DNA of 64,000 nucleotides, from the NCBI GenBank assembly GCA_964536485.1, contig CAZHXX010000004.1, positions 25,457 to 89,456 on the forward strand, given 5' to 3'. Under the pieces are notes generated by a model. That model saw nothing but the letters and a program-made list of their open reading frames with translations. It was not told where the DNA came from and made no database searches. Position 1 is the stretch's first letter. Each line of letters opens with the position of its first letter. Made by a program: the position numbers and the translations under genes. The stretch comes from an uncultured Candidatus Saccharibacteria bacterium (GTDB lineage: Bacteria > Patescibacteriota > Saccharimonadia > Saccharimonadales > SZUA-47). Positions 24,760 to 34,519 of the stretch are shown piece after piece.

Positions 24760-26664
24760 ATGTCCAAAATTATCGGAATCGACCTAGGAACAACAAACTC
24801 GGCAATGGCTGTCATGCAGTCTGGAAAGCCAGAAATCATTGCAAACAGTGAAGGAAACCGTACAACGCCTTCTGTTGTGGCGCTAAACAAAAAAGGCGAA
24901 AGACTTGTTGGTGCGCTTGCACGCAGACAACAGGTAACAAATCCTAAAAATACTATCTATGAAGTAAAACGACTTATCGGTCGCAAATTCAGTGACAAAG
25001 AAGTGCAAAAAGACCTAAAGTTGATGGGCTACGAGATTGTAAAAAGTGGCACTGCAACTAAAGTAAAGATGGGTGACAAAGAATATAGCCCAGAAGAAGT
25101 AAGCGCCATGATTCTTGGTAAGCTCAAGGCGGATGCAGAAGCCTTCTTGGGCGAGAGCGTTTCAGAAGCAGTTATTACTGTTCCAGCATATTTTGACGAC
25201 AGCCAACGCCAGGCAACAAAAGATGCAGGTAAAATTGCTGGTCTTGAAGTGAAGCGTATCATTAACGAGCCAACAGCGGCAGCACTTGCCTACGGCCTCG
25301 ATAAAGAAGGCAAGGCAGAAGAGAAGATTGCTGTCTATGACCTTGGTGGTGGTACCTTTGACGTGTCAATTCTAGAGCTTGGTGACGGCGTGTTCGAAGT
25401 TAAGTCAACCAACGGTGACACACATCTGGGTGGTGCTGACTTTGACCGTGTCATCATTAACTATCTCGCCGACGAGTTCAAAAAAGAACACGGCATGGAC
25501 ATTACCAATGACAACGCAGCAATGCAACGTCTGCGTGATGAGGCAGAAAAAGCAAAGATTGAGCTCTCTACTGCACAAGAGGTAGATATTAACTTGCCTT
25601 TCTTGACTGCTGATGCAGATGGTCCAAAGCACTTTGAACATAAGCTATCACGAAGCAAGCTTGAAAGTCTCGTTATGGAGCTTATCGATAAGACAGCGGC
25701 ACCGTGCGAAAAGGCTCTAAAAGATGCAAAATTATCTGCTAAAGACATTGATGCTGTGGTGCTTGTTGGTGGTATGACCCGTATGCCTGCTGTGCAAGCA
25801 AAAGTAAAAGAGATCTTTGGCAAAGAGCCAATGAAGGGCGTAAACCCTGACGAAGTTGTTGCTGTGGGAGCCGCTATCCAAGGTGGTGTGCTTGCTGGAG
25901 ACGTAAAAGATGTCTTGCTACTTGATGTTACCCCACTTTCTGTCGGAATCGAAACAATGGGTGGTATTGCTACAAAGCTTATTACGCGTAACACGACCAT
26001 TCCTACAAGTAAGAGCGAAACATTCTCGACTGCTGCCGATAACCAGCCACAGGTTGAAATCCATGTGGTGCAGGGTGAGCGCGAAATGGTTGCCGACAAC
26101 AAGAGCCTTGGACGCTTTATCCTTGATGGAATTGCTCCAGCGCCACGTGGTATGCCACAAATTGAAGTGACCTTTAACATTGACGCAAACGGTATCTTGA
26201 ACGTTACTGCAAAAGACAAGGGAACTGGCAAAGAGCAGTCTATCACTATTCAAAACAGTGGTAACTTGGATAAAGAAGAGGTTGAGAAGATGGCAAAAGA
26301 TGCTGAGGCCAACGCTGAAGCAGACAAGAAAAAGCGCGAAGCCGTAGAAGCTCGCAACTTGCTTGAAAATGGTGTCTACCAGGCAGAAAAATTCTTAAGC
26401 GAGAACAAAGAGAAATTGAGCGAAGAAGACGTGAAGACGCTAGAAGAAGCGGTCAAGACAGCAAAGGAAGTACAAGGCAAAGAAGACGCCGACAAAGATG
26501 CGCTTGAATCTGCCGCAAAAGAGCTCACCGATAAAATGATGCCAATTGGCGCAAAGATGTATGAGCAAGCTTCGAAAGAGGAAGAAGCAAAAGGTGATGG
26601 TGAAAAGAAAGATGACGAGCCGGTAGAAGGCGAAGTCGTCGACGAAGAAAAAGACGAGAAATAA
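24760..26664 (+). CDS. dnaK: Molecular chaperone DnaK (Hsp70)
   Basis: [18 protein letters not shown], and a full-length Hsp70 with an acidic C-terminus. Confidence 0.98.
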   Translation: MSKIIGIDLGTTNSAMAVMQSGKPEIIANSEGNRTTPSVVALNKKGERLVGALARRQQVTNPKNTIYEVKRLIGRKFSDKEVQKDLKLMGYEIVKSGTATKVKMGDKEYSPEEVSAMILGKLKADAEAFLGESVSEAVITVPAYFDDSQRQATKDAGKIAGLEVKRIINEPTAAALAYGLDKEGKAEEKIAVYDLGGGTFDVSILELGDGVFEVKSTNGDTHLGGADFDRVIINYLADEFKKEHGMDITNDNAAMQRLRDEAEKAKIELSTAQEVDINLPFLTADADGPKHFEHKLSRSKLESLVMELIDKTAAPCEKALKDAKLSAKDIDAVVLVGGMTRMPAVQAKVKEIFGKEPMKGVNPDEVVAVGAAIQGGVLAGDVKDVLLLDVTPLSVGIETMGGIATKLITRNTTIPTSKSETFSTAADNQPQVEIHVVQGEREMVADNKSLGRFILDGIAPAPRGMPQIEVTFNIDANGILNVTAKDKGTGKEQSITIQNSGNLDKEEVEKMAKDAEANAEADKKKREAVEARNLLENGVYQAEKFLSENKEKLSEEDVKTLEEAVKTAKEVQGKEDADKDALESAAKELTDKMMPIGAKMYEQASKEEEAKGDGEKKDDEPVEGEVVDEEKDEK

Positions 26665-26671
26665 AACGAAC

Positions 26672-26698
26672 AGGGCTCCGTAAGGAGCCCTTTTTTTG
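26672..26698 (+). terminator. Intrinsic terminator after dnaK
   Basis: agggctcc-gtaa-ggagccct followed by ttttttt. Confidence 0.8.
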
Positions 26699-26773
26699 CT
26701 GTGAATTAATTTTTGTCGATATCCAAAAGCAATATGTTCTTCGAGTTTTTGATGGTACGATGAGCGCAAAATT

Positions 26774-27289
26774 ATGAGTAATAAATTTGATAACTCGCTC
26801 ATTCAATATTATGAATTTGAGCTTGAAAGAGTGGCGCCGAGAGGAGTGGAAGCCGACAATTCGCTACTTCCTACGATCGATGAACTTGTACTAATGCTCA
26901 CTGAAGATGACGAGACGATAGATGATGGCTCGAAAATGTCTCATGCTTGGTCAGATCAAGAGAGCGACACCCAGAGTAGAGTTTATTTTCATGAGCTAAC
27001 TGGGTGGTCTGTGCTACTTCGCTGGCATGGCCATCATGGTGCAGAAGGACATAGTCTCCAATACTTCAATCATGTCCATGCTAATCCTGGCTTTATAAGA
27101 AGGCGTGAGTTTGGTGGAAGCATAGACTTGGTCGCTATTTATCAAAATTGGGTTATGGATGTAGAAAGACCATTTTGGGACTTGTACTCGGCGATTGTAG
27201 AGAGGGGAGAAGCATTGCCTCAAATTGATAACACTGGATATGAAGATATGTTAAAAAACTTAGAGCTGGGATTAGGTGACCTGTTATAA
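26774..27289 (+). CDS. Hypothetical protein (171 aa)
   Basis: ORF with core-like composition. It has a His-rich patch HGHHGAEGH and no family recognised. Confidence 0.5.
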   Translation: MSNKFDNSLIQYYEFELERVAPRGVEADNSLLPTIDELVLMLTEDDETIDDGSKMSHAWSDQESDTQSRVYFHELTGWSVLLRWHGHHGAEGHSLQYFNHVHANPGFIRRREFGGSIDLVAIYQNWVMDVERPFWDLYSAIVERGEALPQIDNTGYEDMLKNLELGLGDLL

Positions 27290-27394
27290 ACTGGAAATTT
27301 TCTCACCCTACTAAAAGTGCCTCTTAAACTGTATTTATGCGTTGGTGTAACAAAGTTCACAGTTCTTTAGCTAGCTCCGTGTAAAAATTAGTAT

Positions 27395-27919
27395 ATGTCT
27401 GCACCAACAAAAAACTGGGCTGTAGCGAGGCTCGAAGAGTTCTCTGTTGCAGAGGTGATGCGAAGCGGTTCCGCAGTATATCCAGATATCGGCGGCGCGA
27501 TTATGCACTTAGCTCAGCAAGATGATAGTCGTGCGCAGTATGAGATGCTTTATCACCTGGATCTTCACACCAAAGAGCCCGTCGCACTGTGGTCGCGCCG
27601 TATGACTGACGGTGTTCATACCATTGCAACGAGTAGGTGGGAAGACGAGTCATTTCTTATGCAAGATTTAAAATTGCCAAAAGAAAATGTCCCTGGCTTT
27701 TTGAGGCTTTATCTTTTCGGCAATGACTCAGCAGTAAGAGGGCTCCATAAAGCGTACAAGATAATAAAACTTGAAGGCCTTAATGGAACTCCTACTCGTG
27801 CAGAGATAGAGGATAGAATAACGGCATATGCACGCCATCCAACTGCAAGACGAACAATAACTTCTGCAGAGGGGATTGGTGCATTTGTCCGTCTTGTACG
27901 TAGCCTTGTTGTACGATAG
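27395..27919 (+). CDS. Hypothetical protein (174 aa)
   Basis: ORF only, with no motif recognised. Confidence 0.5.
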   Translation: MSAPTKNWAVARLEEFSVAEVMRSGSAVYPDIGGAIMHLAQQDDSRAQYEMLYHLDLHTKEPVALWSRRMTDGVHTIATSRWEDESFLMQDLKLPKENVPGFLRLYLFGNDSAVRGLHKAYKIIKLEGLNGTPTRAEIEDRITAYARHPTARRTITSAEGIGAFVRLVRSLVVR

Positions 27920-27938
27920 TTTGTTATACTCTCGGCTT

Positions 27939-28223
27939 ATGGATAACCCGCAAGAAGGTAGGCCAGAAGAATCAAACGTGGTCCCGCTTTTTAAAGATGG
28001 AGGCGCTATGCCACCACCAGTAGATGCTTCTGAAGGAGAGGCGCATGACATCGCCTTTGGCTTAAGCCCTGAAGCAATACAGCGTCTCATGGGTCACGTG
28101 TATGGCGGTGATACGTGGGAAAAAGAGCTGGATGAAAGACGTGTAGATGACGATATGAATGACCGGGAGCCAGAGCCACCAATAAGTATATTTAGACGTA
28201 ACGAAAAACCACCAGAAGCGTAG
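27939..28223 (+). CDS. Hypothetical acidic protein (94 aa)
   Basis: I trimmed the track ORF 27876..28223 to MDNPQEGRPEE to avoid overlap with the upstream gene. Confidence 0.4.
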   Translation: MDNPQEGRPEESNVVPLFKDGGAMPPPVDASEGEAHDIAFGLSPEAIQRLMGHVYGGDTWEKELDERRVDDDMNDREPEPPISIFRRNEKPPEA

Positions 28224-28322
28224 TTTACTGAGTAATTTTTGCTTTGTGGCATTGTTTGTGTGGGCCTATCTCTAAAATAGGTTAGCTTGTAAAAAATGAC
28301 GCTTCACTTTATTCTTTAGTTT

Positions 28323-29240
28323 ATGAAGCATAAGCAACAAGGGTTCGCACACGTTATTGTCTTGGTACTTTTTGTTATTATTTTCGTAGGAGCTGCAGGC
28401 TGGCTCGTTTACTCTCGCTCAAAGGATAAGCCTCAGGAAACTTCGTCAGAAACTCAACAAGCATCATCGTCGATATCCAAAGACGCAGCCACGGTAGAAG
28501 AAAAGAAAGTTGAGGAGGCGCCAAAAGAACCAGACTCAGCAGATACGCTCTCCACGCCGGAAAAGATCACAAGTGCCGATGCAAAAACTTACTTTATCTA
28601 TGGAGCACCAGCCGGGCAGAATAATAAAGACACAAAGACTATTGTTATCTCGCTTCCAGGGCACGGCACAACTGCCGATGACGGCTACAAGGCCTGGAAA
28701 GACCATCTGGATGGAAGTTTTGCACTGGCAGAGTTCAACTGGTGGCGCGGAACTGGTGAGAAGAAAACCGATTACTACGACCCACCTTCGGTCGTGCTAC
28801 AAGTACGAGCATTTCTAGACAAGCAAGGCTATGACTCAAACGATACGGTGATCCTTCATGGATTTTCGCGGGGAAGTGCTAATACCTATGCGGTGATCGC
28901 AAACGATAGGCTATCGCGTGGGTCAGTTTTTGATGCGGTTATATCGAACGCGGGTAAATATCAGGTAGATTTCCCACTTGTGGAGGGAAAGACATTTTCC
29001 GACGCAGAGCTCACGCAATTTTTCAAAGGTATCCCATGGGTACTTGCTTGTGGTGGAAAAGACGAAAACCCAACTCGGGATGGGTGCCCTGGCATGGAAG
29101 AAACGAAAGGTTTCCTAGAAGCGCACCAAGCAAATGTACTTGGCATTGTCACCGACCCAAACCTCGGTCATGGCGCCTTTCATATGTCAAAACTGGGGCT
29201 CCCTAAACAGGCGCTCGATCTTATTCGCAACGCGCTATAA
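28323..29240 (+). CDS. Exported alpha/beta hydrolase (esterase-like)
   Basis: Signal anchor FAHVIVLVLFVIIFVGAAGWLV, nucleophile elbow HGFSRGS (GxSxG), and late GGKDEN and HGAFH motifs. Confidence 0.65.
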   Translation: MKHKQQGFAHVIVLVLFVIIFVGAAGWLVYSRSKDKPQETSSETQQASSSISKDAATVEEKKVEEAPKEPDSADTLSTPEKITSADAKTYFIYGAPAGQNNKDTKTIVISLPGHGTTADDGYKAWKDHLDGSFALAEFNWWRGTGEKKTDYYDPPSVVLQVRAFLDKQGYDSNDTVILHGFSRGSANTYAVIANDRLSRGSVFDAVISNAGKYQVDFPLVEGKTFSDAELTQFFKGIPWVLACGGKDENPTRDGCPGMEETKGFLEAHQANVLGIVTDPNLGHGAFHMSKLGLPKQALDLIRNAL

Positions 29241-29304
29241 GTTATCGCTGACAGAAATATAAAAAAGAGCTATACTTCACACATAATCATATAAGGAGAT
29301 ACAA

Positions 29305-29679
29305 ATGAAAAAGCGAAGTCCTATAGCAGTACTATTACTTACCATAATTACTTTTGGTATTTACGGTATTTATTGGGAAGTTGTAACAAAAGGTGAATTG
29401 GTAAGAAAAGGTGCAGACATACCAACTGCTCTTTTACTTATTGTCCCAATCGCAAACATTTGGTGGGCTTATAAGTATTGTATGGGTGTAGAGAAGGTAA
29501 CAAATGGTAAGATGTCAGGCGTGCTCGCGCTTGTATTGATGCTCGTTTTGGGTGTGGTCGGAATGGCAATTTTGCAGGACGCATACAACAATGTTCCTGC
29601 GGAAGTAGCTCAAGCTCCAGCACCTTCTCCAGAGGTTCCATCGACTCCAGTCACACCTACCGCACCAACAACAATGTAA
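29305..29679 (+). CDS. DUF4234-like small membrane protein
   Basis: ITFGIYGIYW motif, three TM segments, and a Pro-rich tail. Good SD (aaggag) upstream. Confidence 0.6.
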   Translation: MKKRSPIAVLLLTIITFGIYGIYWEVVTKGELVRKGADIPTALLLIVPIANIWWAYKYCMGVEKVTNGKMSGVLALVLMLVLGVVGMAILQDAYNNVPAEVAQAPAPSPEVPSTPVTPTAPTTM

Positions 29680-29694
29680 TCTGTAAATTTAAAA

Positions 29695-29724
29695 AAGACT
29701 AGTTATTACGGCTAGTCTTTTTTA
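29695..29724 (+). terminator. Intrinsic terminator
   Basis: aagactag...ctagtctt followed by ttttt. Confidence 0.7.
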
Positions 29725-29864
29725 TGCGCATGTTTCAGAAAATCTCCGTTCTAATTCTATAGAAGCTGCTGGTTCTGACTAGCTTATAAGCACCATTGAT
29801 TGAAATTTTACAGGTGTAAGCTTACAATACAAGCATAAAGGTTTTGCTACAAAAGTAGCGTCGT

Positions 29865-30764
29865 ATGTTGCTTATGAAGCTTGAGACAGTTCGAGAGAAA
29901 ATTCGATATAGTGTGTTACGAGTTCGGGCTATTTTTATTGGGAAGCCTAAAGTATTCATGCTTTTCATGGCTATTGGGACAGTTCTACTGGTTTGCCTAT
30001 TTGAGTATGGAAGAGCGTGGTTTTATATGCGCTCAGTTGAAAGCTATCGTTCTTCTGCAAATATGCAGATGTTACAGCAAGATGTTGATAAGCTTGTGCG
30101 CTCTGTAGAGCTTATGACACCACCCTATTTTTGCCATATTACCGCTCCTAATTTACTAACAAGTGCCGACAGCGCTTACGTAACAGAAAGAAATAGCGAA
30201 CTTACTCCAGAAAAAATAGTCTCACGTTTGCGCGATCAATTCCAACTTGTCGACCACCCACCTGCATATAGTACGCTCGCCCCGTCGTTTTTGTTGATAA
30301 AAAAGGCGCAGAGCGAAAGTGCAAAAATGCATGATGCAGTCTTAAAACTCAAAGAACTTGTTACAGACGACGTGCGCTCCGGCTATTGTCTTGAGCTTAC
30401 GGACGCACTTTCCCAGGTGTATTTTATAAAGGACATCCAGACTCCTGAAGGAGTCTCTGCATTACTCCCGGGCCAAGTGGAAGATTTTCAGGTACGAGTT
30501 AGTAAAACCAAAGAAACATTGTTGTCGATGCGCTTTCCTGAACCATTTACGACACAGCACACTGACTTTATCAGAATACTGAACGAGATTGCGGTGAGTC
30601 TTAGACAAAACGAAAATAACTATGTAGAGTTTGCGCGTCGTCTAGGAGCTGAAAAGTTGGAGATAGATGGGCTGTTAGAAACCATTCGATCACAAACAAC
30701 AGACTTGCAACAGCGACCTATGCAAATAGCGCTTACCGCGCAGGTGCTGTACGGCTCACGCTAG
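29865..30764 (+). CDS. Hypothetical membrane-anchored protein (299 aa)
   Basis: One N-terminal TM segment (FMLFMAIGTVLLVCLF) and no motif recognised. Confidence 0.5.
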   Translation: MLLMKLETVREKIRYSVLRVRAIFIGKPKVFMLFMAIGTVLLVCLFEYGRAWFYMRSVESYRSSANMQMLQQDVDKLVRSVELMTPPYFCHITAPNLLTSADSAYVTERNSELTPEKIVSRLRDQFQLVDHPPAYSTLAPSFLLIKKAQSESAKMHDAVLKLKELVTDDVRSGYCLELTDALSQVYFIKDIQTPEGVSALLPGQVEDFQVRVSKTKETLLSMRFPEPFTTQHTDFIRILNEIAVSLRQNENNYVEFARRLGAEKLEIDGLLETIRSQTTDLQQRPMQIALTAQVLYGSR

Positions 30765-30782
30765 TCCTATATACTACCTTCT

Positions 30783-32189
30783 ATGAAGCAGACGCTCGCA
30801 CTCGCAATCTTAGACGCAGGTCACTCTATCTTTTTGACGGGGCCGGCCGGTTCAGGAAAGACGTATGTGCTCAACGAATTTATCCGTGAGGCGCGCACGC
30901 AAGGAAAGTCGGTTGCGGTTACTGCATCGACAGGCTTAGCGGCAACGCATCTTGGTGGCAATACTATCCATTCTTGGGCAGGGATTGGTATAGCAGATGA
31001 ACTGAACAAAAGACACGTTGGCGATTTAAGTAAAAGTAGACGAGACCAAATAGAGAACGCCGACATACTAATTATTGACGAGGTATCGATGCTACACGAC
31101 TACCGACTCGATATGGTAGAAGAGGTCTGTAGACTTGTGCGTGGAGGCGACAAGCCGTTTGGTGGGTTGCAAATAATTCTTAGTGGTGACTTTTATCAGC
31201 TCCCTCCGGTAAATAGGGACGACTCACGTCAGGGGGGCTTTGTAACAGGAAGCCGGGCCTGGGAAGAGCTTGACCCTGTTATCTGCTATCTCGAAGAACA
31301 ACATCGTCAAGACGACGACGAGCTTCTCGAAATACTTACTGCTCTGCGTTCAAACGATTTGCGGCGCAGGCACGCAGAGGCATTGTTGGCCAGAAAAACT
31401 GTACGCACACCTTTTGACGACCCAGTTACAGAGCTCTATACCACCAACATAAATGTCGACTCCGTAAATGACTCTAAATTGCGCACTATGCCAGGGGAAG
31501 TCCACGAGTACACTATGACCTCAACCGGAAAAGCTGGTGCTGTAGAAAGCCTAAAAAAATCGTGTCTAGCGCCCGAAGTGCTTCAGCTCAAGGAAGGTGC
31601 CTTTGTGATGTTCGTAAAAAACTCACCAGAAAAAAAGTACGTCAACGGCACCTTGGGAACGGTAGTTGGCTTCGATAAAACAACAGATTATCCAATCATA
31701 CTGACAAAGCAGGGTAGGCACGTAGAAACAAAACCAGACACTTGGGAGATGCGTGATGGTGAAAAAAAGGTCGCCAGTCTCACTCAGCTTCCTTTGCGCT
31801 TGGCATGGGCTATCACCGTTCATAAAAGTCAGGGTATGACGCTTGATGGGGCCCATGTGGATTTAAGCAATGCATTCGTCCCGGGGATGGGTTATGTTGC
31901 ATTGTCGCGTGTACGAAGTCTTGCCTCTCTAACGCTTGGAGGGCTTAATCGTACGGCGCTCATGATGCATGAGGAAGCGTATGATCTTGACGATATGTTG
32001 CGCCGTACATCGGCAAGGCACGCAAAAATTTATGAAAAGCTTGAAGCAGACTATCTATTGAGCAAAGATGCAAGAGTTAAGTCGCCCAAAAAAGTTTCTT
32101 CTGATACTGGTGCAGGATGGCAGGCAAAACAGTTAAGCAACTATCTAAGTTGCTCGGTCGCCACGAAGGGAGCGTGCGTGCTCGACTGA
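30783..32189 (+). CDS. Pif1/RecD-like SF1B DNA helicase
   Basis: Walker A GPAGSGKTY, Walker B LIIDEVSM, SGDFYQLPPV, and AITVHKSQG...VALSRV. Confidence 0.85.
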   Translation: MKQTLALAILDAGHSIFLTGPAGSGKTYVLNEFIREARTQGKSVAVTASTGLAATHLGGNTIHSWAGIGIADELNKRHVGDLSKSRRDQIENADILIIDEVSMLHDYRLDMVEEVCRLVRGGDKPFGGLQIILSGDFYQLPPVNRDDSRQGGFVTGSRAWEELDPVICYLEEQHRQDDDELLEILTALRSNDLRRRHAEALLARKTVRTPFDDPVTELYTTNINVDSVNDSKLRTMPGEVHEYTMTSTGKAGAVESLKKSCLAPEVLQLKEGAFVMFVKNSPEKKYVNGTLGTVVGFDKTTDYPIILTKQGRHVETKPDTWEMRDGEKKVASLTQLPLRLAWAITVHKSQGMTLDGAHVDLSNAFVPGMGYVALSRVRSLASLTLGGLNRTALMMHEEAYDLDDMLRRTSARHAKIYEKLEADYLLSKDARVKSPKKVSSDTGAGWQAKQLSNYLSCSVATKGACVLD

Positions 32190-32280
32190 AAAAACATTTT
32201 GGCGACGCACTCTTTCAGAAGTAAGGCATGTTTTCTGTGGTGCCTTTATTTTAAGTACGAAACGCTCTACAATAAGCAGT

Positions 32281-32655
32281 ATGTTCTCGCTAGTAACACT
32301 TGGTAAAAAAGTAGGTATTCTCTTCGTCATCACGGTGCTGAGTGCCGTTACTAATTTTTATGCACCTTCCTCATATTCTTTTGTTCCAAACCAAGGGTTA
32401 AAAACAGAATCGCGTCTACATTCATCAGGCCAGCAGATTTGTGACCAGACATGCACGGTAAATACTCAAGGGAGCTATAGCCGTTCGTCAGCGACGCTGG
32501 CCCTCCTTGATGAATCGGTGGCCTCAATACCTCCAGGTAGTCTCATTGTCGGAGTAGCTGTGCTGTGCGTAGCCGTGTATAGCTACACGCGCAAAAAGTA
32601 TGTTTTTTACAGCTTGCGTAACTTTCAGCAAGCCTATTGTTTATGGAGATTTTGA
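32281..32655 (+). CDS. Hypothetical membrane protein (124 aa)
   Basis: N-terminal and C-terminal hydrophobic segments. No family recognised. Confidence 0.45.
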   Translation: MFSLVTLGKKVGILFVITVLSAVTNFYAPSSYSFVPNQGLKTESRLHSSGQQICDQTCTVNTQGSYSRSSATLALLDESVASIPPGSLIVGVAVLCVAVYSYTRKKYVFYSLRNFQQAYCLWRF

Positions 32656-32700
32656 TCGTTCCTTTTTTACTGATTATCCAATCAATGGAAAGGAAGAAAG

Positions 32701-33852
32701 ATGATCTATGTAGTTTCAAGAGTAGTAAGTGGTGCTTACCGCTTTATCGCAAAACCTATTTTGTTTAGATTCTCACCGGATGGCGTGCATGAAACGATGA
32801 TACGCACCGGAAACTTCTTACAAAAGAGTAAGCTTTTTTGTAAGATTACGCATAAAACACTTGCCTATGACGACCCTGTGCTACGTACAACGATACTCGG
32901 GGTGGAGCTACGCAATCCGCTTGGACTTAGTGCTGGGCTGGACAAAGATGCAAAAATTGTCAGTATGGCTCAAGCCATTGGGTTTGGGTTTATCGAATGC
33001 GGGTCAGTAACGTATGAGCACTATGAAGGTAATAAAAAACCCTGGTACACACGGCTCCCAAAAAGTCGTTCGATAATTGTAAACTCGGGCCTAAAGAGTG
33101 AGGGTGCTCGAGCGGTTATTGAGCGGGCAAAAAGCTATCCGCAAGACATGCTAAAAAGCTTTCCTCTTAATGTCTCAATCGCCAAAACTAACAGTAAAAA
33201 TACCGCAACAAAACAGCAAGGCATCGATGATTATGTCGCGTCATTCGAACTGTGGGAGAAGACGGGAAATGCCCGTTACTATACGATAAATATATCTTGC
33301 CCAAACACTTTCGGGGGCGAGCCTTTTACTACCCCTGAAGATCTGGAGGATTTGCTTCGGGCAGTAGATAAATTGCGCGTCCGTCGTCCGGTATTTGTCA
33401 AGTTCCCTATAGACAAAAGTTGGGCCGAAACAAAGAAATTACTTGATGTTTGCGCCCGTCATGCTGTGCAGGGTATTACTTTGGGAAATTTGTACAAAGA
33501 CAGAAAGACAGTGAAGCTAGAAGAGAGCTTTGATGTGTCGATAAAGGGTAATTTTAGTGGGAAGCCTTGTTGGGAAAAGTCCAATGAGCTACTAAAAAAG
33601 ATGTATGCTGAGTATAGCGACAGGTTTGTGTTTAGCGGAGTGGGTGGAGTATTTACCGCAGAAGATGCCTATACAAAGATTCGTTTAGGTGCTTCAGTTG
33701 TTGAGTTTGTCACCGGGCTCATATTCCAGGGTCCAGCGGTTGTAGGGCAAATGAATAGAGAGCTGGCTCTTCTGCTCAAGCGAGATGGATTTGCGCACGT
33801 GGCAGATGCAGTTGGTGTAGATGTAAAAAAAATTAAGGAGAAAAAGAAATGA
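32701..33852 (+). CDS. pyrD: Dihydroorotate dehydrogenase homologue, class 2-like with a divergent active site
   Basis: It aligns by eye to E. coli PyrD: NPLGLSAGLDKDAK, GFGFIECGSVT, INISCPNT (E. coli has INISSPNT), SGVGGV, GASVVEFVTGLIFQGP. The class-2-type N-terminal extension is present. Confidence 0.75.
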   Translation: MIYVVSRVVSGAYRFIAKPILFRFSPDGVHETMIRTGNFLQKSKLFCKITHKTLAYDDPVLRTTILGVELRNPLGLSAGLDKDAKIVSMAQAIGFGFIECGSVTYEHYEGNKKPWYTRLPKSRSIIVNSGLKSEGARAVIERAKSYPQDMLKSFPLNVSIAKTNSKNTATKQQGIDDYVASFELWEKTGNARYYTINISCPNTFGGEPFTTPEDLEDLLRAVDKLRVRRPVFVKFPIDKSWAETKKLLDVCARHAVQGITLGNLYKDRKTVKLEESFDVSIKGNFSGKPCWEKSNELLKKMYAEYSDRFVFSGVGGVFTAEDAYTKIRLGASVVEFVTGLIFQGPAVVGQMNRELALLLKRDGFAHVADAVGVDVKKIKEKKK

Positions 33853-34475
33853 CAATAACATCCGTAAAAAAATGGTGGGCCAAACATATACAGGCAAAGA
33901 AGCTTTTCCCGTTTTTCCTTATCTTCTTTGGGCTTCTAGGAATGCTTGCCTCTGGGGCTATCGCCATCGAAAAAGAGCATTTGCTTAAACATCCCGAAGT
34001 GGAGCTTATTTGTAATATTAACCCCGTATATTCATGTAGCAACGTTTTCATGTCTCCTCAATCGCAGATTCTTGGGGTAAGTAATGAGTATATTGGAATC
34101 GCAATTTTTGCCGTCTTGCTCACGGTCGGCGTAGTGGTGCTAGCGGGCGCGAAGCTAAAAAATTGGTTTTGGTATGCTTTTCTTGCTGGGATGCTCGGGT
34201 TCATGATGATGGTGCTATGGTTTTTTAGGCAGTCGGTGTATGTTATTGGGTCTTTGTGTATATTTTGTTCTATCGTGTGGTTCTCGGCTTGGGCCATAAC
34301 AACAAGTGGCTTTTGCTGGATGTACGATAATGGGTATCTGAGTGGGCTTAAAAAATACGATAAAGTCCTCTCTCTTATCCGTAGGAATAGTGTGCTTATC
34401 TGGTTCTTGTTCATCGTAACGCTAGCGGGGCTAATTCTTAAACACTTCTGGTACTACTACGGTCAGTATTTTTAA
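33849..34475 (+). CDS. Vitamin K epoxide reductase (VKOR) family protein
   Basis: Loop Cys pair CNINPVYSC and a TM CXXC motif (CIFC), with 4-5 TM segments. ATGA overlap with the pyrD-like stop. Confidence 0.8.
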   Translation: MTITSVKKWWAKHIQAKKLFPFFLIFFGLLGMLASGAIAIEKEHLLKHPEVELICNINPVYSCSNVFMSPQSQILGVSNEYIGIAIFAVLLTVGVVVLAGAKLKNWFWYAFLAGMLGFMMMVLWFFRQSVYVIGSLCIFCSIVWFSAWAITTSGFCWMYDNGYLSGLKKYDKVLSLIRRNSVLIWFLFIVTLAGLILKHFWYYYGQYF

Positions 34476-34490
34476 TTCTTTACATAAATA

Positions 34491-34519
34491 TTGACAATTA
34501 GTAAAAAATAATATACAAT
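34491..34519 (+). promoter_or_regulatory. Near-consensus promoter
   Basis: TTGACA (34491-34496), a 17-nt spacer, then TACAAT (34514-34519). Confidence 0.55.

Noticed and set aside
25461-26246. 261-aa minus-strand ORF (and several smaller ones) inside dnaK
   Set aside because: It is antisense to a full-length, highly conserved Hsp70 frame. The product is S/A/P-rich low complexity, typical of shadow ORFs.
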